NCBI RefSeq assembly: GCF_006345805.1
Contig: NC_043016.1
Location: 24,676,001-24,740,000 of the forward strand
DNA from: Octopus sinensis
Lineage: Eukaryota
Length of the DNA stretch: 64,000 nt
Reading direction: 5' to 3'
Under the pieces are notes generated by a model, which saw only the letters and a list, made by a program, of their open reading frames with translations, ran no database searches and was not told where the DNA came from. A program made the position numbers and the translations under genes. Shown here piece after piece: positions 42,556-57,620 of this stretch. The first letter of the stretch is position 1. Every line of letters begins with the position of its first letter.

Positions 42556-45500
42556 TCCTTGTCCTCCTCACACATACATTGTTTTTGAGAATGACTCAAC
42601 TGCAAGTGGTCCTAATATCGATTAACCATAATCTAGATATATCTGTATGTGGGTGAGAGAGGGGGAGAGAAGGAGAGAGAGAGATGGAGAAGAAGTGGAG
42701 AGAGAGATTACACTATACAAAAAATTTTTTCTTAAAGCAATTCAGATTTCTTTAGCTATTATCCAGAAGTCAAGGTTCCTACCAGAAAGACAGAAAAAAA
42801 AAATCTCATTTCTTAAAATAAAGATATGATTTCTATATATATATAAATTGGGAGAAGGAAGATATTTCCCAAGGGTTATATAGTCAAATGAAAAACCATA
42901 TAAATAAATAAATAAGTTATGTGTGTGTGCATGCATAGACCAGTATTACAAATCCACACCCAAAACCTTTTGTGCAGACTGCATACTTACGCACACACAT
43001 ACACACCTATTGCTTATTTTATTGACCCCCATAACGACAGTCAACCCAGGTATTAATTGAACTAAGAGCAGCGTGATACTGTAAACAATCCATTAAGAGT
43101 TTTCTGCTTCCTTAGTCATCCTTATTTATCATCCCTACCTTCGTTAGTCATCTTTACATTAATAATGCTGATGATTATAACAACAACAAAACTAATTAAA
43201 TTCACAATTTATACTGTGGGGCAATGGTAAATATTTTCTACTATGCAAAGTATTCTATTATTTCATTATACATCAAGAGAAATCTCATTAAAATTTGTCT
43301 GCCTGCCAAAATTTCCCCCTGTCCACCACCGCCATCTCTCCATCCCATTTCCATCCAACTCCACCCCATCTCTCCCACTACTAAACCAAAACGAGGATAT
43401 TTACTTCACAACCAGATTCTAAAATACTCTAATACATCAATCTAATCAACATTTATAACCTATATGTTGGAGACTATTCAGAATTACTTTATTGATTTTC
43501 TCTTTTCTATTATTACCAATGGTTACTAGGTAACAATAATGAGGAGACTGCTTTCCAAAGAATAATGGATTTTATTAAAATATAAATACCAATTAAAAAC
43601 TGTTTTGTACTGTTGAAATGAGTACAGGGGATGGAGAATACAAAAAGGTGTTTCAAACGAAAAAAATTTTTTAAACCTCACCAATCTGTCACTTTTTTTT
43701 TTGTCAGCTGATTTAGCTTTATAGCTAGGTAACTAACTACTATACTGAAAATACATTTATGCGAGATAGCCATTATATTTAACTGTATTATTTCACTGCT
43801 ACTTTATTACTGAAATAGCAAATAGCAATGTAAAAAAAGACTTGATAACTATTAAGAACCAACTACACATAAAGATACGTACATGCTTGCATATACAAAT
43901 ATATATACACATATATTCTCATTAAGCATGCATGCACATGCAGTAACTGATGGAATGAAACATCAGCAAGGAATAGGAGGGGATGGATGAAGGAAAATAA
44001 TAAACTGGTGAGACTGTGTTGAGAACAAATAGTAAAAGCTTGTCACTATACAAGAACTGTGAGGAAGAAACATTCTCTACATAGAGTATCTTTTCAAAAA
44101 AAGGCAATGTGATGAATTTAATTACAGACAGAAAAGATTTACATATTGATAATAAAGTAAAGGATTGGTATCTAAATTATGCAAATAACAAATTGCTTAA
44201 ATCTTTTTATAAAAATTTTAAAAAAGCAATAAACTGTACAAACTATGACTGACATGTTTCCATTATAAACAAAATTTTAAATTATCTTTCTAAAGATTTT
44301 TCACTATTAGGTTTACTAAGACAATTTCTTAAACATAAGTTTATTATTATTAACACTTAAAATGCTGAAGACATGGACTGGCTTCAATTCAACAGAATTC
44401 CTTACTACAATGCCTATTAGTTATTCCCAAGCCTTGCCTGAAATGCAGTCGGGTCCCAGAGTAAAAACAGTTCCTTTGCTTTGCCAGAATGTAGAGTATA
44501 CTTTGTCAGGGGGCGGTATGATTTGTTTTAGCTACATTTCTTGTAATAATAAAACAAAGTTCAATTTAAAATGTCCTTAACTGAAACTGTCAGAAAGAGT
44601 AAGTAAATTGATGCTAATTATTCCAATAACAAAACTGGGAATGATGACCACTGATGATAATCTGAACTAATACTTATTTTTTATTTCGTTTTTGAAGAAA
44701 ACTTTGTTGAATATCTGAATCCATTAAAAATACTAAGCTTGTGATCTTATAAAGAATTTCAAGAGTTGTAAAATTTATAAGAAAGGATACTGCAATAATA
44801 TTAAAAACAAAACATGAAAATGGTATGAAACACATACAACGAGCAAGAAAATATACATTGGGTTTCCACTAATGAGCTGTTAATAGATAACGTCAAACAG
44901 CATGAAATTTCAGATTTTATTTAATAAATGAATTAACTTCTTTACAGCATTATTAACAATTTTTTGTATGCATGTTAGAAATCGATAAAAACTACCTATT
45001 AATGAAGACAACTAGTTTATCGTCAGAAGGAAAGAGGCATGAAAAATTAATTCCATTATTTGTGGTAATGCTAGACTCCAACATTATATCACTGCTCAAT
45101 GATGGTTTGGCTGTTACATTATTCAAACACTACCCAAACCCGGACATAAAAGATGAGTCATTCTTCACAACTCTAGGGACAGAATGATCTTTACAGGATG
45201 TTTGCAAAGCACTGTAAAACACAAAATTCTTATTGTTTAAGAATTTTATTGTTTTTTCTGATAGAGACACTTGTTCCTTTTGACTTGAAATTTTTATTGA
45301 CTGATTTTACCCAAGTGTTTTACTGGTATTGAATTTATGGACCTTAAAATATAAATTATGGGTAATAAGACCTGGCCCAGACTTAAAATGCCATGACTTT
45401 TTTATGGTTGACAATTTCATTATCTTATCTTGATATGATTGATAATACAGTATTGATTAAAAGTAACAATTGTTAACAATGTATAATGTATGTATGCACA

Positions 45501-48500
45501 GGCACACACATGCACAATTTAAAACAATCAATTTAAATAATATATTCTTAGTAATTTTAGTAACTTAAAAAACTTAGCAACTGAAGCCTATCGTGTAAAA
45601 ATAATAATACACAAATGTAAAAAAATTGTAATACACAAATAAAAAAATTCCAGTCTTCTCACTCATATACAATTTAAACACTAATATAACAGTCTTATTT
45701 CTATTAATTTAATTAGTGAACCATGCTCATTTCCTTGATAACTTTAAAAAAAAAAGCTAGCAATACTTACTGGTACATTATGAATTTATAAAACCACTGA
45801 TGTATATACCCTTTAATAATTTGTGATTGTGTGTTACTAAAACAATGAGTCAATAATCATGCCTAGGAATCAAGGAAACAGAAATAATTATAATCAGTTA
45901 CTTAGTCACATGATTAGAAAAAAATAAAATTAGAAATAAAGATTTACAGTTCATTATTCTGCCAGTATAAGACATAACACACACATACACAAAAGAAGAA
46001 CTATCTCTACAGAGAACAGGTTCTTAATACTTCAGATCTACTTGACAATCGTGTGACTAAACTATGCACCTAGGTCAATAAAAGCCAAACAGGTTTACAT
46101 CAGCATATCAACTAAAAACAACTTGATTAAAAATTCATAGAACTAAGAATATTCTGTCGTGACAGACTGACTATATATCAAACATTTCTAACTTCATCTT
46201 TAACATTATAGACATACATTCAGTATACCACATGTAAGTCAATGTAGAATTGATGTTTACCATTACAGCCAAAATGAAAGTAAAAGTAAAAGTACACTTT
46301 GCATAGAAACATCGCCCCTGAGACTAGTCAATAGCACTAGCTGCACTGAGTAGCAATAATTGCTTCAGTCTCAATAAATGTCAAACAGAATAATAACACT
46401 TGCTACGAGCAAGCAGCTATTTGATAACAGAAGCTACAAAGCAAACTTTTGAATAAATTGGCAACTGACAGGACAATCTCGCATCATATTAATAAACAGT
46501 CATTAATAAACATACTAATTAATAAGTGAGAGGATATAATGCAGAGACCTTTAACAAGATGGTTTTATAAATGAAAATAGGGAATTCTTAAAGCTGCACA
46601 GTCAATAACTCATTTAATACAAATACTAACCTCTCGAAAAAATTTTAACCAGAAGTAAAAAAATAAAATAAAAAAGTAATGACAGTTTTAATGGGACACC
46701 AAGCTTAATACTTTAAATCATTTTATCTGGCTATTCAATGTTGACATCAATTTAGCTCAATTATCCTAACAATAATAATAATAATAATAATAATAACAAG
46801 AGCTAGTTGCCATTTTGAATATTGATGACCTTGTCCGAAACATTGGTAAAATACAAAGAAGAGATTGTGAAATGACCAGAAAGAAGATGAAAAGCAAACT
46901 ATTAACTAATATATAACCAATGGCTTCACTTAAAAATTGATTATGCTTCATACCACCATATACAAGTCCAGATAAAGGGAAGCATTTAATATTTGTATGA
47001 CAAGGAAACTAAGGTTTTGATTTCTCTAGAAATGTTACAAGATAACTTAAACAGCTAAACTGTAAATAGCATTTAAAAGAATTTTCTATAGGGATTCTAT
47101 ACATTTATGACAGTGGGTTTTTGTGAATAGAATAGTGTATTCATAAAGATCTGTTTGAAACTGGGTAAAGCAACATCCCACAAGAAATCAATGAAAGAAA
47201 TTGTCCATACACATTTATATAGTTATTCACTTTCACTTTGTTAATATCTAATTTATTAAGATGCTGGCAAGCAAACCTCCCGACCCACATACAAATGCAT
47301 ACAAGAAATAAAGAAACCTAAAGATTCAATTAATTGAAGTAAATGATAAAAAGAAGGAAAAAAATAATTGAATAGGCTAATAGAAGAGAGCAATTGTTAG
47401 ATGAATCAATCAAGGTACTATTAGCAGGTACTAATGAAAAAAAAAAATAAATGAAATCAGATGAGTGGAAAAGAGATTGAAAGCAAAAAAAAAAAAAAAA
47501 TTGAAATAATCCTGAGTAGCAAATGAAACCATAAGCCTATTATATACAATAGTAAATCTAGTAAGAGAAACAGAGAGAATCTTATTTATTGGCAGCCATG
47601 TTTATATTTCACTTGAATTATGGAAAATTTAACAGCTAGAACACTGACATTAGAAATTTGGATATACTGTCTGCATAGAAATATAAAGTAAAATCTTATT
47701 ATTTTCATTAAATGAGAGTACAACTGATATTTTGAAATCGAAAAAAAAAATTATGGTAGTTTTAACTGGAAAAACATTTTGAAGTATAAAATAGCATTAT
47801 GACCTTATGAGTGATTAAGACACAAATTGTTAATTATGTTTTTATAATTGGAAAAATGAGAGTACATATATATATAACCTGACAAAGATAAATTATTATT
47901 TTTAGTTTTTGTAATCATGGGAATTAATCATTAAAAGAAAAAAGATCACAATGCAGTGGGTAGTAGCTTAGTGAAATATTTTTCTCCCTTCTTCATATGT
48001 ATATTTGTGTGTATGTATGCGAGTGTCAGTCGGTGGGTAAATGTGTCAACTGAAGCAACAAACTAAATCTAGTGACCACAAAATTAATTGTAATATCCTA
48101 GGTATAAAATGTATGTTCAGTGAATGTGAAACAAAATAACTGCTATATTACCCTAAAAATAAATCCAACATGGCTTCTGTAGAGTACAGTGATATTTAAA
48201 AGAGAAAGAGAAAGAGAGAGAGAAAGATAGAGAGAGATGTCAAATAAGATGAGTAAATGAAGCTAAACCAGAAGTGTCAACTGATGATATATCTCAATAA
48301 ATACTTGGTAATATGCAATATAAAACCTTCAATAGAATATAAAATTATTCTTATATGATGAAATAAATTTTATTAAAAGAGGAGAGAGAGAGAGAGAGAG
48401 ATGAACAAACAAATTTATCTATTTTCAAAGTAACCAGGAAAATCCACCCCACAACAAACTGGCTTATTATTTTAAACATCCAATGTTATTAGATATATGA

Positions 48501-48952
48501 CATTTATAAATTCAATATGTATAAGCTGTCATTCATAGAAACAACCTTTTTTTTATGAAATATATAGAAAAGATCAGGCAGTACATGTAATTTAATATAA
48601 AGGAATAACTGTAGATCATCTACATATTGTTGCTTTTTTTCTTTAATTATCAGGGAAGCTGAGTTTATTTGTATCAAACAATATAGCAGTGTTATAGCCA
48701 CATCATTTCTACATCAAACAAACAATTTTCTATCAATTGACACACACGCGCAAAACATATCTATACATATATGTAAACTGCAATGTAATTTCCCTCAATG
48801 ACTGAATGAAGAAAAAAAAAATTAAATAGATACATGAAATTACATTCATCTGTGTACATCATCAATATAAAACCCAATATGGAAGGTTTTTTCAAATATT
48901 TTACAAATGTCACAAAAGATTGATGATTAAAATCTCTATATTACACAAATAC

Positions 48953-48993
<41 letters not shown>

Positions 48994-49247
48994 TACAAAT
49001 ATAAAACAAAATAAACATATACATATATACACGCTGGAAATATAAATTAAATTTATTGTTCTCATTGTGTAGGAATAACTCAGTATATTATAAGTGAATT
49101 CAGTGGTGATAGGAAACTAATACAAAGAGGAAAGAGAAAGTAGAGAATAAATATATCTAGAAAAATGCCTAGCAACAGGTTAATTTTGTAATTATTATAA
49201 ATGGAAAAATGAACTAAAATGGTAGCCATGTTGAAGCTAAAACTTAC

Positions 49248-49282
49248 ATTCGATATGATTTTACTGTTTGTGTAACTTCCAT
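49248..49282 (-). CDS. KLC: KLC coding exon 1 (CDS part): MEVTQTVKSYR(I)
   Basis: gcgATGG start, donor AT|gtaagt; phase 2 joins exon 2 to give MEVTQTVKSYRIKKIEEIGKMTALSQE, which matches my recollection of the squid KLC N-terminus. The exon likely begins at 49389 after a strong polypyrimidine tract/AG. Confidence 0.85.
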
Positions 49283-52004
49283 CGCCAAGTGAAGTGTAGT
49301 GCTCAGGATCTCTCCTAGATCTGAGTTCTCCACTCGGTAACCACCATGGCAGAAACAGTTGACTAGCACACAGGGCATGCTCACTGATGCTAAAGGGGGG
49401 GAAGACAGGGCAGGAGTGAAATACGCAATCTTTATAGAAATGAATAATTTCTCCCCCTTTTTTTATCGCTTAATAGACAAACCAAACTACACCTAATGAC
49501 AATCACTGATTAAAATTATTATAATAAGATAAATAAAATCGCTAGGAGCAACAGTTGGAAATAAGCAATTTCAACTGTTTGATTGCATGCAACTAGTGAA
49601 TATACGCTGACAAGTGTGCTAGAAACACCATAGCACCCACCACCACTATAGTAGATGTTTCAGCTACTGATAGGGAGCAATCCATTGGAATAATTATTGC
49701 AGCTATACAACCACCACAGCTGGCATATTGATTTTTTCTAAATCTATCTCGCTCCACTATAGCTTCATAGCAGTAGAACCAACTAGAATAGTGAAGCAGA
49801 TAAGTGACATCATGTGAGAGATAATTTATGAACAGAGACAAGCCTAGCAAATATAATGTTGCTTCTCTACAGATGCATATATATATATTTTTTGAAAACA
49901 CTAAAGATTCAGACAATGTTTTCTAGGAAAGGAATATAAATGTTTATTTTTCTGTAATGTAAAAGGTTCAGGGACAAAATGATTTTACCATTTTTTACAT
50001 TAATACATATGTACACATTTTCCTTTTCAGCATCACTATTTTCCCTCCCCTCCTCTCACACCATCATTATTTCTAAACATTATATTCTTTTTATTTACTG
50101 GAGTCATGTTTGTATTCTTCCTAGCTATTTCAATAATGACAGGAACAATACAGGCATTTGCAGAGCAGAATAATTAGGAACTAATTAATTAGAGCACAGC
50201 ATCTTTAAACAGTAGCTGCACCACAGATGGAATGAAACAGTCAACAGTTGGTTATTTTGAAGAAATTTATGAAAAAAGAAAGAAAGAAAGAAAGAAATTC
50301 TATTGGTTCTTAATTTATTTTAATAAATAAATTATAACATAACTAATCACGTTCCATTTTCCTTCTTTTTTTTTTTCAGAAAGAAATACTTTGAAACTAG
50401 TTTATTTTTTCAAATTTTCTTTTTTTTATACAATTTGTATTGTTAGACACTTAAGTAAATATGAACACTTTTCAAATAAGCTTTAAACAAAAAGCAAAAA
50501 AATAAATGTATTTTAATCAAAGTTTTTCTTTTAAGACAACCATCTTTCAAACAAACCTAAAAACTATTAAAAAAGCTTAGATCTATCTTTTATATATACA
50601 TAAATAAATGTTATGTGATAAATAAGCCGTAAATTTAAGTATTTTAAGCAGTTATTTAAAATTTTTTAAATATTTGATAAGAAAAAAAATTGGAAGAACA
50701 ACACTCAAGTGAATTTATATTTGATGTCTTTTCTTCCCGAAGTAAAGTATAAAAAAAGTAATGAAAAACCCATTGAAATACAATATGCATAATGCTTAAA
50801 TATACGCATAAATACATCACAGAAACGCTAACTAGACTGGAAGATAAAATGTCAGAGATTCTGATGAAGGTTAAATACATTTATTTTGAAGTTTAGTTTT
50901 AATAATAATTTCTTAACAACTTTAGTAAGAATGTGGAGTGTCTTGAATGAATGAGATAATAATATGGAATACAGATTTATAAAGCAGGAACCATACAAAC
51001 TAGTCAGCAACATGGTTCCCCGCAATTTAGCTTACATTAAATACTTGGCAACACACACACACACACAACAATATATAGAGCATGATTGACAACTGATGTG
51101 GACATTAACACCATAATGTCCCGATAAAACTACTGATTACATCATGACTTCAAGTTCTACTTACTCAACTACAGACATCCTCTCTATTTGCTATTTTTCT
51201 CTATATACATATACACATAGATACATGTATACATATAAATACATAATTCTTTTATTTTACTGGTTTCCAGTCACTGGAATGTGGCTATGCTGGAGCAATG
51301 ACTAGAAGGCTTAGTTGATCACACAGACCCCAGTACTTGTTTTAAGTTCAGTGTTTATTCTACTGGAGTCTTCTTGATGTACTGCTAAGTTATGGGAATA
51401 TAAACAAACCAACACCAGTAGTTTTCTGCTGTTTCTTCTTTTTTTTTTTACCTCTGGCACCATGGGTTTTTTTCCCACAGGTTCAGTCCTAATATGCCGC
51501 AATGAGACTGATCCCAAACAAGAAATGCTTACATCTATCTATCTATATATGTGTGTGTATGTGTTTGTATGTACATATTTGTATGTGTTTGTAAGTGTGT
51601 GGGTGTGTGTGTGTGTGTGAGCATGTTTTTGTATGTGTGTGTACATGTGCATACATACATATACACATATAATAATATCAGAAAGAAAAGGGAAAATAAG
51701 AAAGCTTCTGACAATGTGGGAAGTTTTACTAAAATCTTTATATCATTCATAGCTATTACTTTCTTTTTATATGGTATCTTATAACAGACAGACACATTAC
51801 ACACAATATCAGATGTCTACAAATGTACCAATTTTTAGTCAGCTGAAAGCTTTGCCAAATAGAACACTGGCTAAACTTGTCTTCTTTAGAGTTATCCAAT
51901 TTGGTTATCATCTATCTACCATTCACCCATGTGCCAATGAGGGAAACCACATTTTATAGCTAGTTAACAGTGCCAGATCTTCCTTGAACCACACCCAAAT
52001 GTCT

Positions 52005-52285
52005 TTTACCTTTTACATGTTTCAGTCATTAGACTGTGGCCAAGCTGGGGCACCACCTTGAAGAGTTTTAATTGAATGAATCAACCCTAGTATTTATTAT
52101 TTTTTTTAAAGCCTGATACTTATTTTATCTGTTTCTTTTATGAACTGCTAAGTTAAAGGGCTGTAAACACACCAACACTAGTTGTCAAGTGCTGGTGGGG
52201 ACAGACAGAGACACACACTTGTCCAACATGCCAAACAGTGGGACTGAAGCCAGAACCATGTGGTTGGGAACCAAACTTCTCACCA
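52005..52285 (-). mobile_element. tRNA-derived SINE (family of 55277-55702), internally deleted
   Basis: Reverse complement of tail (catgtttcagtcatt.gactgtggcc) and head (gtgggactgaa.ccagaaccatgtggtt). Confidence 0.8.
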
Positions 52286-53252
52286 CATGACCATGCCAGC
52301 ACCTATGTCTTACAAAAAGACACCTTGGACAATATAGTTTTAGATGCATTATTGTCTGGCAGTGGTAACTGATCTGCTCAATAAAGGCTGATCTGGAGAT
52401 AAACAATTTACTCCACAAGAAGATACAGCACTGCACTGGAATCTCTATATCGATGCATGGACCTGCTAGAAAAAACAACAACAACCAAATCTTCTCAAAG
52501 CACATTTCAATACCTTAATACAGGAAAGACAGATAATGTAGTCGTAGACTTATTCTAAAAAGACAATAAGGTCATGATGGGCTTGTCTTTTATTTGACTA
52601 ACTGGAGCTAAATAACAACTACTCTCACATTACATATCTGTGTTACTAAAGCATCCTCTATTACAATAAACATGTGACTAGCTCACAACTAACTGAAATT
52701 ATTCACATTCTCAAGATAATTTAAATCGTGTTCTTCTACACAAGTTACGTTCTCACATGAAGAATTGCAACTAAAGTACAGTTTCAAATCCAGTGTGAAT
52801 TGTTAACATGACTTTTTGGTGTAGAAACAGAATATATATTTTTCACCAAGGTTAAATACTACCAAAGTTATGAAAAAATTAGATGTCAGCAAGTACCAAC
52901 CAACAGATTAGCAGAAGATATCCATAGTCTCCCATTATAATTTTTGGTCATCCTATTTGTTCTAAATATACAACACTGATAGGTCATTCATATACATTCA
53001 CACACACAGGCACACGTCAATATGTGTATGTGTGTGTAAAAAAATACCCACCTGGTACTGTGGGTGTCTTTAACAAGTTCACTCTGCAAGAATTCAGGCC
53101 AGGTCTCCAGCTGAGGCTAGCTTTCTCTCTTATACTTCCCATCAGTTTTTGATGCCATATTAAGGGCCATAGGCAATGACATTCCTTCAAAACCTTCTGA
53201 GGGGATAGGGGATATGATAGACGGAAAGTGGAAGTAAAAGAGAGAGAGAGAG

Positions 53253-53289
<37 letters not shown>

Positions 53290-53530
53290 TCAATTGGCAT
53301 TGCACAAGAGTTGTAAACCACTGTCGTTGCCATACAAGCAATGCCTTTTGTTCCTAATTTTTCATGGAAATACGTCCAACTATGAGGAAGAACGAATTTA
53401 TTTGGAAAGAGGTGGGGGCCAGTGACGAGAAAGATATCTAGTCAGACCCAATGCAAGCATGGAATTATGAACAATAAAATAGCAATGATGAATACAGTCA
53501 TACACACACACACACACATATATATATATA

Positions 53531-54788
53531 TTGGGTCATCTCATAAATAATGCGTTTTTTTTCAACTGCATGAACTAAAAGTTGGAGGGGGACAGGATAA
53601 ACTACCTGCATCAACTTGCTATAAAACCAGGTTGTAATTTTATCTTGTACTTATTCTTAGTGCAAGTTTTGAAGAGTGCAGTTCGATTTTAACAGTTATT
53701 TTTCAAAGCTATAATGGAAGTGACAAAAGAACATACTCAGCATATTTTGCTTTACGAGTTCAATAAGAGCAACAGCACAAAGGAAAGTGCAAGGAATATT
53801 AATGCAGTATATGGGGATTGAACAATAAGTGTAGGCCAATGTCAACAGTGGTTCCAAAAATTCTGAGCCAGAAACTGCAGCATAGAAGATGAGTCTCATC
53901 ATGGAAGATCTGTAGAGCTCAATGAGGACATCCTGCAAAACCTGGTGGAACAAAATCCCATCATAACTGTTGAGGAAGCAGCAGAGAAGCTTAGATTTGC
54001 TCATTCAACCATTCATCAACACATGTGTGCCATCAGAAAAGTTAGCAAATTGAGCCAGTGGGTCCCTCACAAACTTTCTGAGTCTAATCAAACGCAGAGA
54101 GTAATTGTGTGCTTTTCTTTGCTGTCACATCTCACGAATGAACCATTTTTGGACTGAATAGTGATTGGTGACAAGGAATGGATTCTCTATAAAAATGTCA
54201 AGTGCCAAAGATAGCGGATAGGAAAAGGAGAAACACTGGCACTCCAGGCTAAAGAAGGTCTTCACCCACATGAAGTGTTGTTATCTGTTTGGTGGGATAT
54301 GAAAAGTTTAGTTCACTTTGAACTATTAAACCCAAACCAAATGATAACAAAGGAGGTATATTGTGAGCAGCTTGAACAACTTAAGTCAGTGCTAGAAGAA
54401 AAACAACCATCTTTGGTTTCAAGACAAAAAATGTTCTATCAGGATAATGCTCAGCCACATTCAGTGAAGATGACATTCCAAAGCTTGGAGCAGTTTGAAT
54501 GGAAAATGATGCCCCACCCACCATATTTCCTGGACACTGCCCCCATCTGATTATCATTTATTCAGTAGTCTTCAAAATCATTTGGACAGAAAAAATATGA
54601 ATTCCATAGACGAGGTCAGAACAGTACTGGAGGAATATTTTTCATCACGGACAAGTAAATTTTGGAAAAGGGGCCTTACAAGTCTACCAGACAGATGGAA
54701 GAGTATTATTGAAAAATGAAGGAGAGTATAAAGAACTGTTTATCTTAATTTTGAAAACTAAAAGTATTAAAAAAACGGGATGACCCAA
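53531..54788 (+). mobile_element. Mariner (Tc1/mariner, DD34D type) transposon, near full length, inactive
   Basis: About 1.26 kb; TIRs TTGGGTCATC.../...GATGACCCAA in a TA context; carries a decayed transposase. Confidence 0.93.
53714..54730 (+). pseudogene. Mariner transposase pseudogene
   Basis: MEVTKEHTQHILLYEF...WFQKF; WVPHKL; IVIGDKEWILY; LLSVWWD; QDNAQPH; HPPYFLDTAP..DYHLF; several in-frame stops and frameshifts. Confidence 0.92.
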
Positions 54789-54985
54789 TGTATATACATA
54801 CACACACACACACAACAACAAATCACAATATCTATGAATTCAGTTTATTTTGCAAATAACTCTTTTGCTTAAATATACTTCAAATACAACTTAGTCTGTG
54901 AAAGCTGAAAAATACTTTATGAACTTTTTATGAAACAATCCAGCAATTCAAATAATTCCATTTCATTTCAATGAGAGAGAGAGAG

Positions 54986-54987
<2 letters not shown>

Positions 54988-55069
<82 letters not shown>
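54988..55069. repeat. (TA)n(GA)n compound microsatellite
   Basis: Direct reading. Confidence 0.95.
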
Positions 55070-55070
<1 letters not shown>

Positions 55071-55276
55071 AATTCTTTTCAATTTCTAAATCATTGGTAC
55101 TAGTTACATCCTGCTGTTTATTTGTACACAAGTTTGAAATGTATCTTTCTCACATGTTCATTCATTCATTCATTCATTCATTCAGTTATTATAAATGATT
55201 ACGAAAAATGTACAATTTAGTATACTAACATAATGTTGACTTACTAGAAATTAGTATAAATATAAATATAAATATA

Positions 55277-55702
55277 GGCGCAGGAGTGGCTGTGTGGTAA
55301 GTAGCTTGCTAACCAACCACATGGTTCCGGGTTCAGTCCCACTGCGTGGCATCTTGGGCAAGTGTCTTCTGCTATAGCCCCGGGCCGACCAATGCCTTGT
55401 GAGTGGATTTGGTAGACGGAAACTGAAAGAAGCCTGTCGTATATATGTATATATATATATATATGTATATGTGTGTGTATTTGTGTGTCTGTGTTTGTCC
55501 CCCTAGCATTGCTTGACAACCGATGCTGGTGTGTTTACGTCCCCGTCACTTAGCGGTTCGGCAAAAGAGACCGATAGAATAAGTACTGGGCTTACAAAGA
55601 ATAAGTCCTGGAGTTGATTTGTTCGATTAAAGGCGGTGCTCCAGCATGGCCGCAGTCAAATGACTGAAACAAGTAAAAGAGTAAAAGAGAGAGTAAAAGA
55701 GT
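55277..55702 (+). mobile_element. Full-length young tRNA-derived SINE
   Basis: A-box-like TGGCTGTGTGG, B-box GGTTCAGTCCC, CTTGGGCAAGT core, internal TA/TG microsatellite, (GTAAAAGA)n tail; CpGs retained; more than 10 decayed copies in the window. Confidence 0.92.
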
Positions 55703-56709
55703 ATTGTATTTTGTAGTGTAAATTTTAGGTAACTGAACTAAATCCATAATCCTGTAATGTTGTTAAACTTCAAAATGTCCCACTAAAAATTGTAACACAC
55801 AAACAGCCATTTAAAAAAAAAAGGGATGTTTATTCACCCCAAACATTTGGGATAATTTGCTCAATATCAATAGAAGAAAAAAGACTCCCACACTTTCACA
55901 TTCTTCTCACCAATGTTATTCTCAAATTAGACGTCAGAAACAGTTAGTACCCAAACATTTTTTCTGTCTCTATATTAAACAATAAATATCATAATCCCCC
56001 ATAAGTTTCCTCCCTTAATTATGCCTTTATATGCTGTTAACAAAGAGTGTGAGTAAATTTCTAAGTTAATATTGTGGTGTATTTAATCTAATGTTTTCAA
56101 AATAATGACAAAATTTACACTTTAAAACTTTGCTGCCTGTTATTTTAGCTAAAACACCATAAAGTTCACAGCTTACATGATTATCAACTTCCTTAATTTT
56201 AATGATGGCACCTCAACAGCATCCACCTATATATTTCTTGCATAAAACACAACCAAATTAAACACGTTTTTCAATAATGTTATTTTTCAAGTGTTACACA
56301 TACATACACACACATAAAGTCATGCACATTTCCTTTTTGTTTGCTGCATTTAATCTTCATGTCACGCCTCCTACTGTTCAGCTCTTTTGAAAGCTTCCTA
56401 CCATCATGGAGATGGGGAAACCAGTGGTTGTGTTGAGTAAGTTCTAAGACAGAGGAAGAAAGTGTTATAGCGATAGATAAGACAAATAAGCAGATAGACA
56501 GGGGATTGACAGAGTGGAAAGGAAAGAGAGAACTAGCTTGAAGCAGGAAGAATAAGAATTACTAAAAGACAGTAATAAACCTGGATTTTACAAGTGCTAT
56601 ACTAGTAAAACTATTGTATAGCACACACATACACATCTTTTCTTAATGATATCTTGTTTGCACTCACCCCAGAGGTATCCAATTTTGAATACGTTTGTGG
56701 AAATAAAAG

Positions 56710-57035
56710 CAGGCTTAGTTGTGTAAGGAGCTTGCTCCACAAACATGTGGTCTTAGGTTCAGTCCTAATGTGCAAGTGTCTTCTACTGGACCAACCAATT
56801 CCTTCTGAGTGGATTTGGTAGCTGTATATGATATGCTTCGACAATCATTATTCCCAAAAACATGTGTGTGTGTGTATGTTGTGTACCCCTACCATCACTT
56901 GAAAACCGATATGGGGTTTATGTCACCATATTTAGCGGTTTAGCAAAAGGGACCCACAGAGTAAGTGCCAGACTTAAAACTCTTCAAGGGGATACCTGAG
57001 TATAGCCACAATTCAATAACTGAAACAAGTAAAAA
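56710..57035 (+). mobile_element. tRNA-derived SINE copy, decayed
   Basis: ggttcagtcc...gagtggatttggtag...ttagcggttt.gcaaaag...actgaaacaagtaaaa. Confidence 0.75.
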
Positions 57036-57620
57036 GGTATTATATACGAGTTGACAAGATGGTGGCACAACAATGTCCATGATTGTTGCAAATTTTCAGA
57101 CAGTTGAGTTGAACGTTAATTAGCATTCGGTTTGAACATTTGCAAGTAAATGTATATGTGGAAGCTTTAAAACAATATATAGGTTGGACAGGTAAATTCC
57201 AGGCAGTTGAATTTTGAGTGGAGGTAGGATTGGACCGAATGTTTGGTGAGTGGGGTAGATCTAAGGATGACAGCGATAGATCCACTATGGTTTTTGAGTG
57301 AAAAAAAAAAGTGCAGCTAGTGAGTAGGAAGGTTATTGGAGCTGTGGCAGAATGGCCACAGGTCAGCTTTGATCAAGCAAATCTACAACCAAAAACATTC
57401 TAGAACATCACCATCAATATTTTTTGGTTTGCAAATAGTATAACTAGAAGTATATTTTTAGAAGAGTGTAGGATGTGATATGGCTTGTTTATGTTGATTA
57501 TAGTATATCAGTAATTGAATCTTAACCAATCTTTGTTGAATGGCTATCTTTTATCAGTGGTCTAAGATGTGTGGGAGAGAGGGGGGAAGGGAGAAGCAAC
57601 AGCAGTGACCAGTAGATGCA

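Noticed and set aside
53714-53728. Mariner transposase starts MEVTK, resembling KLC exon 1 MEVTQ
   Set aside because: Similarity stops after about 15 nt and flanks are unrelated; treated as coincidence rather than exaptation.
55277-55350. tRNA gene
   Set aside because: The A/B boxes are the head of a multi-copy SINE; no complete cloverleaf.
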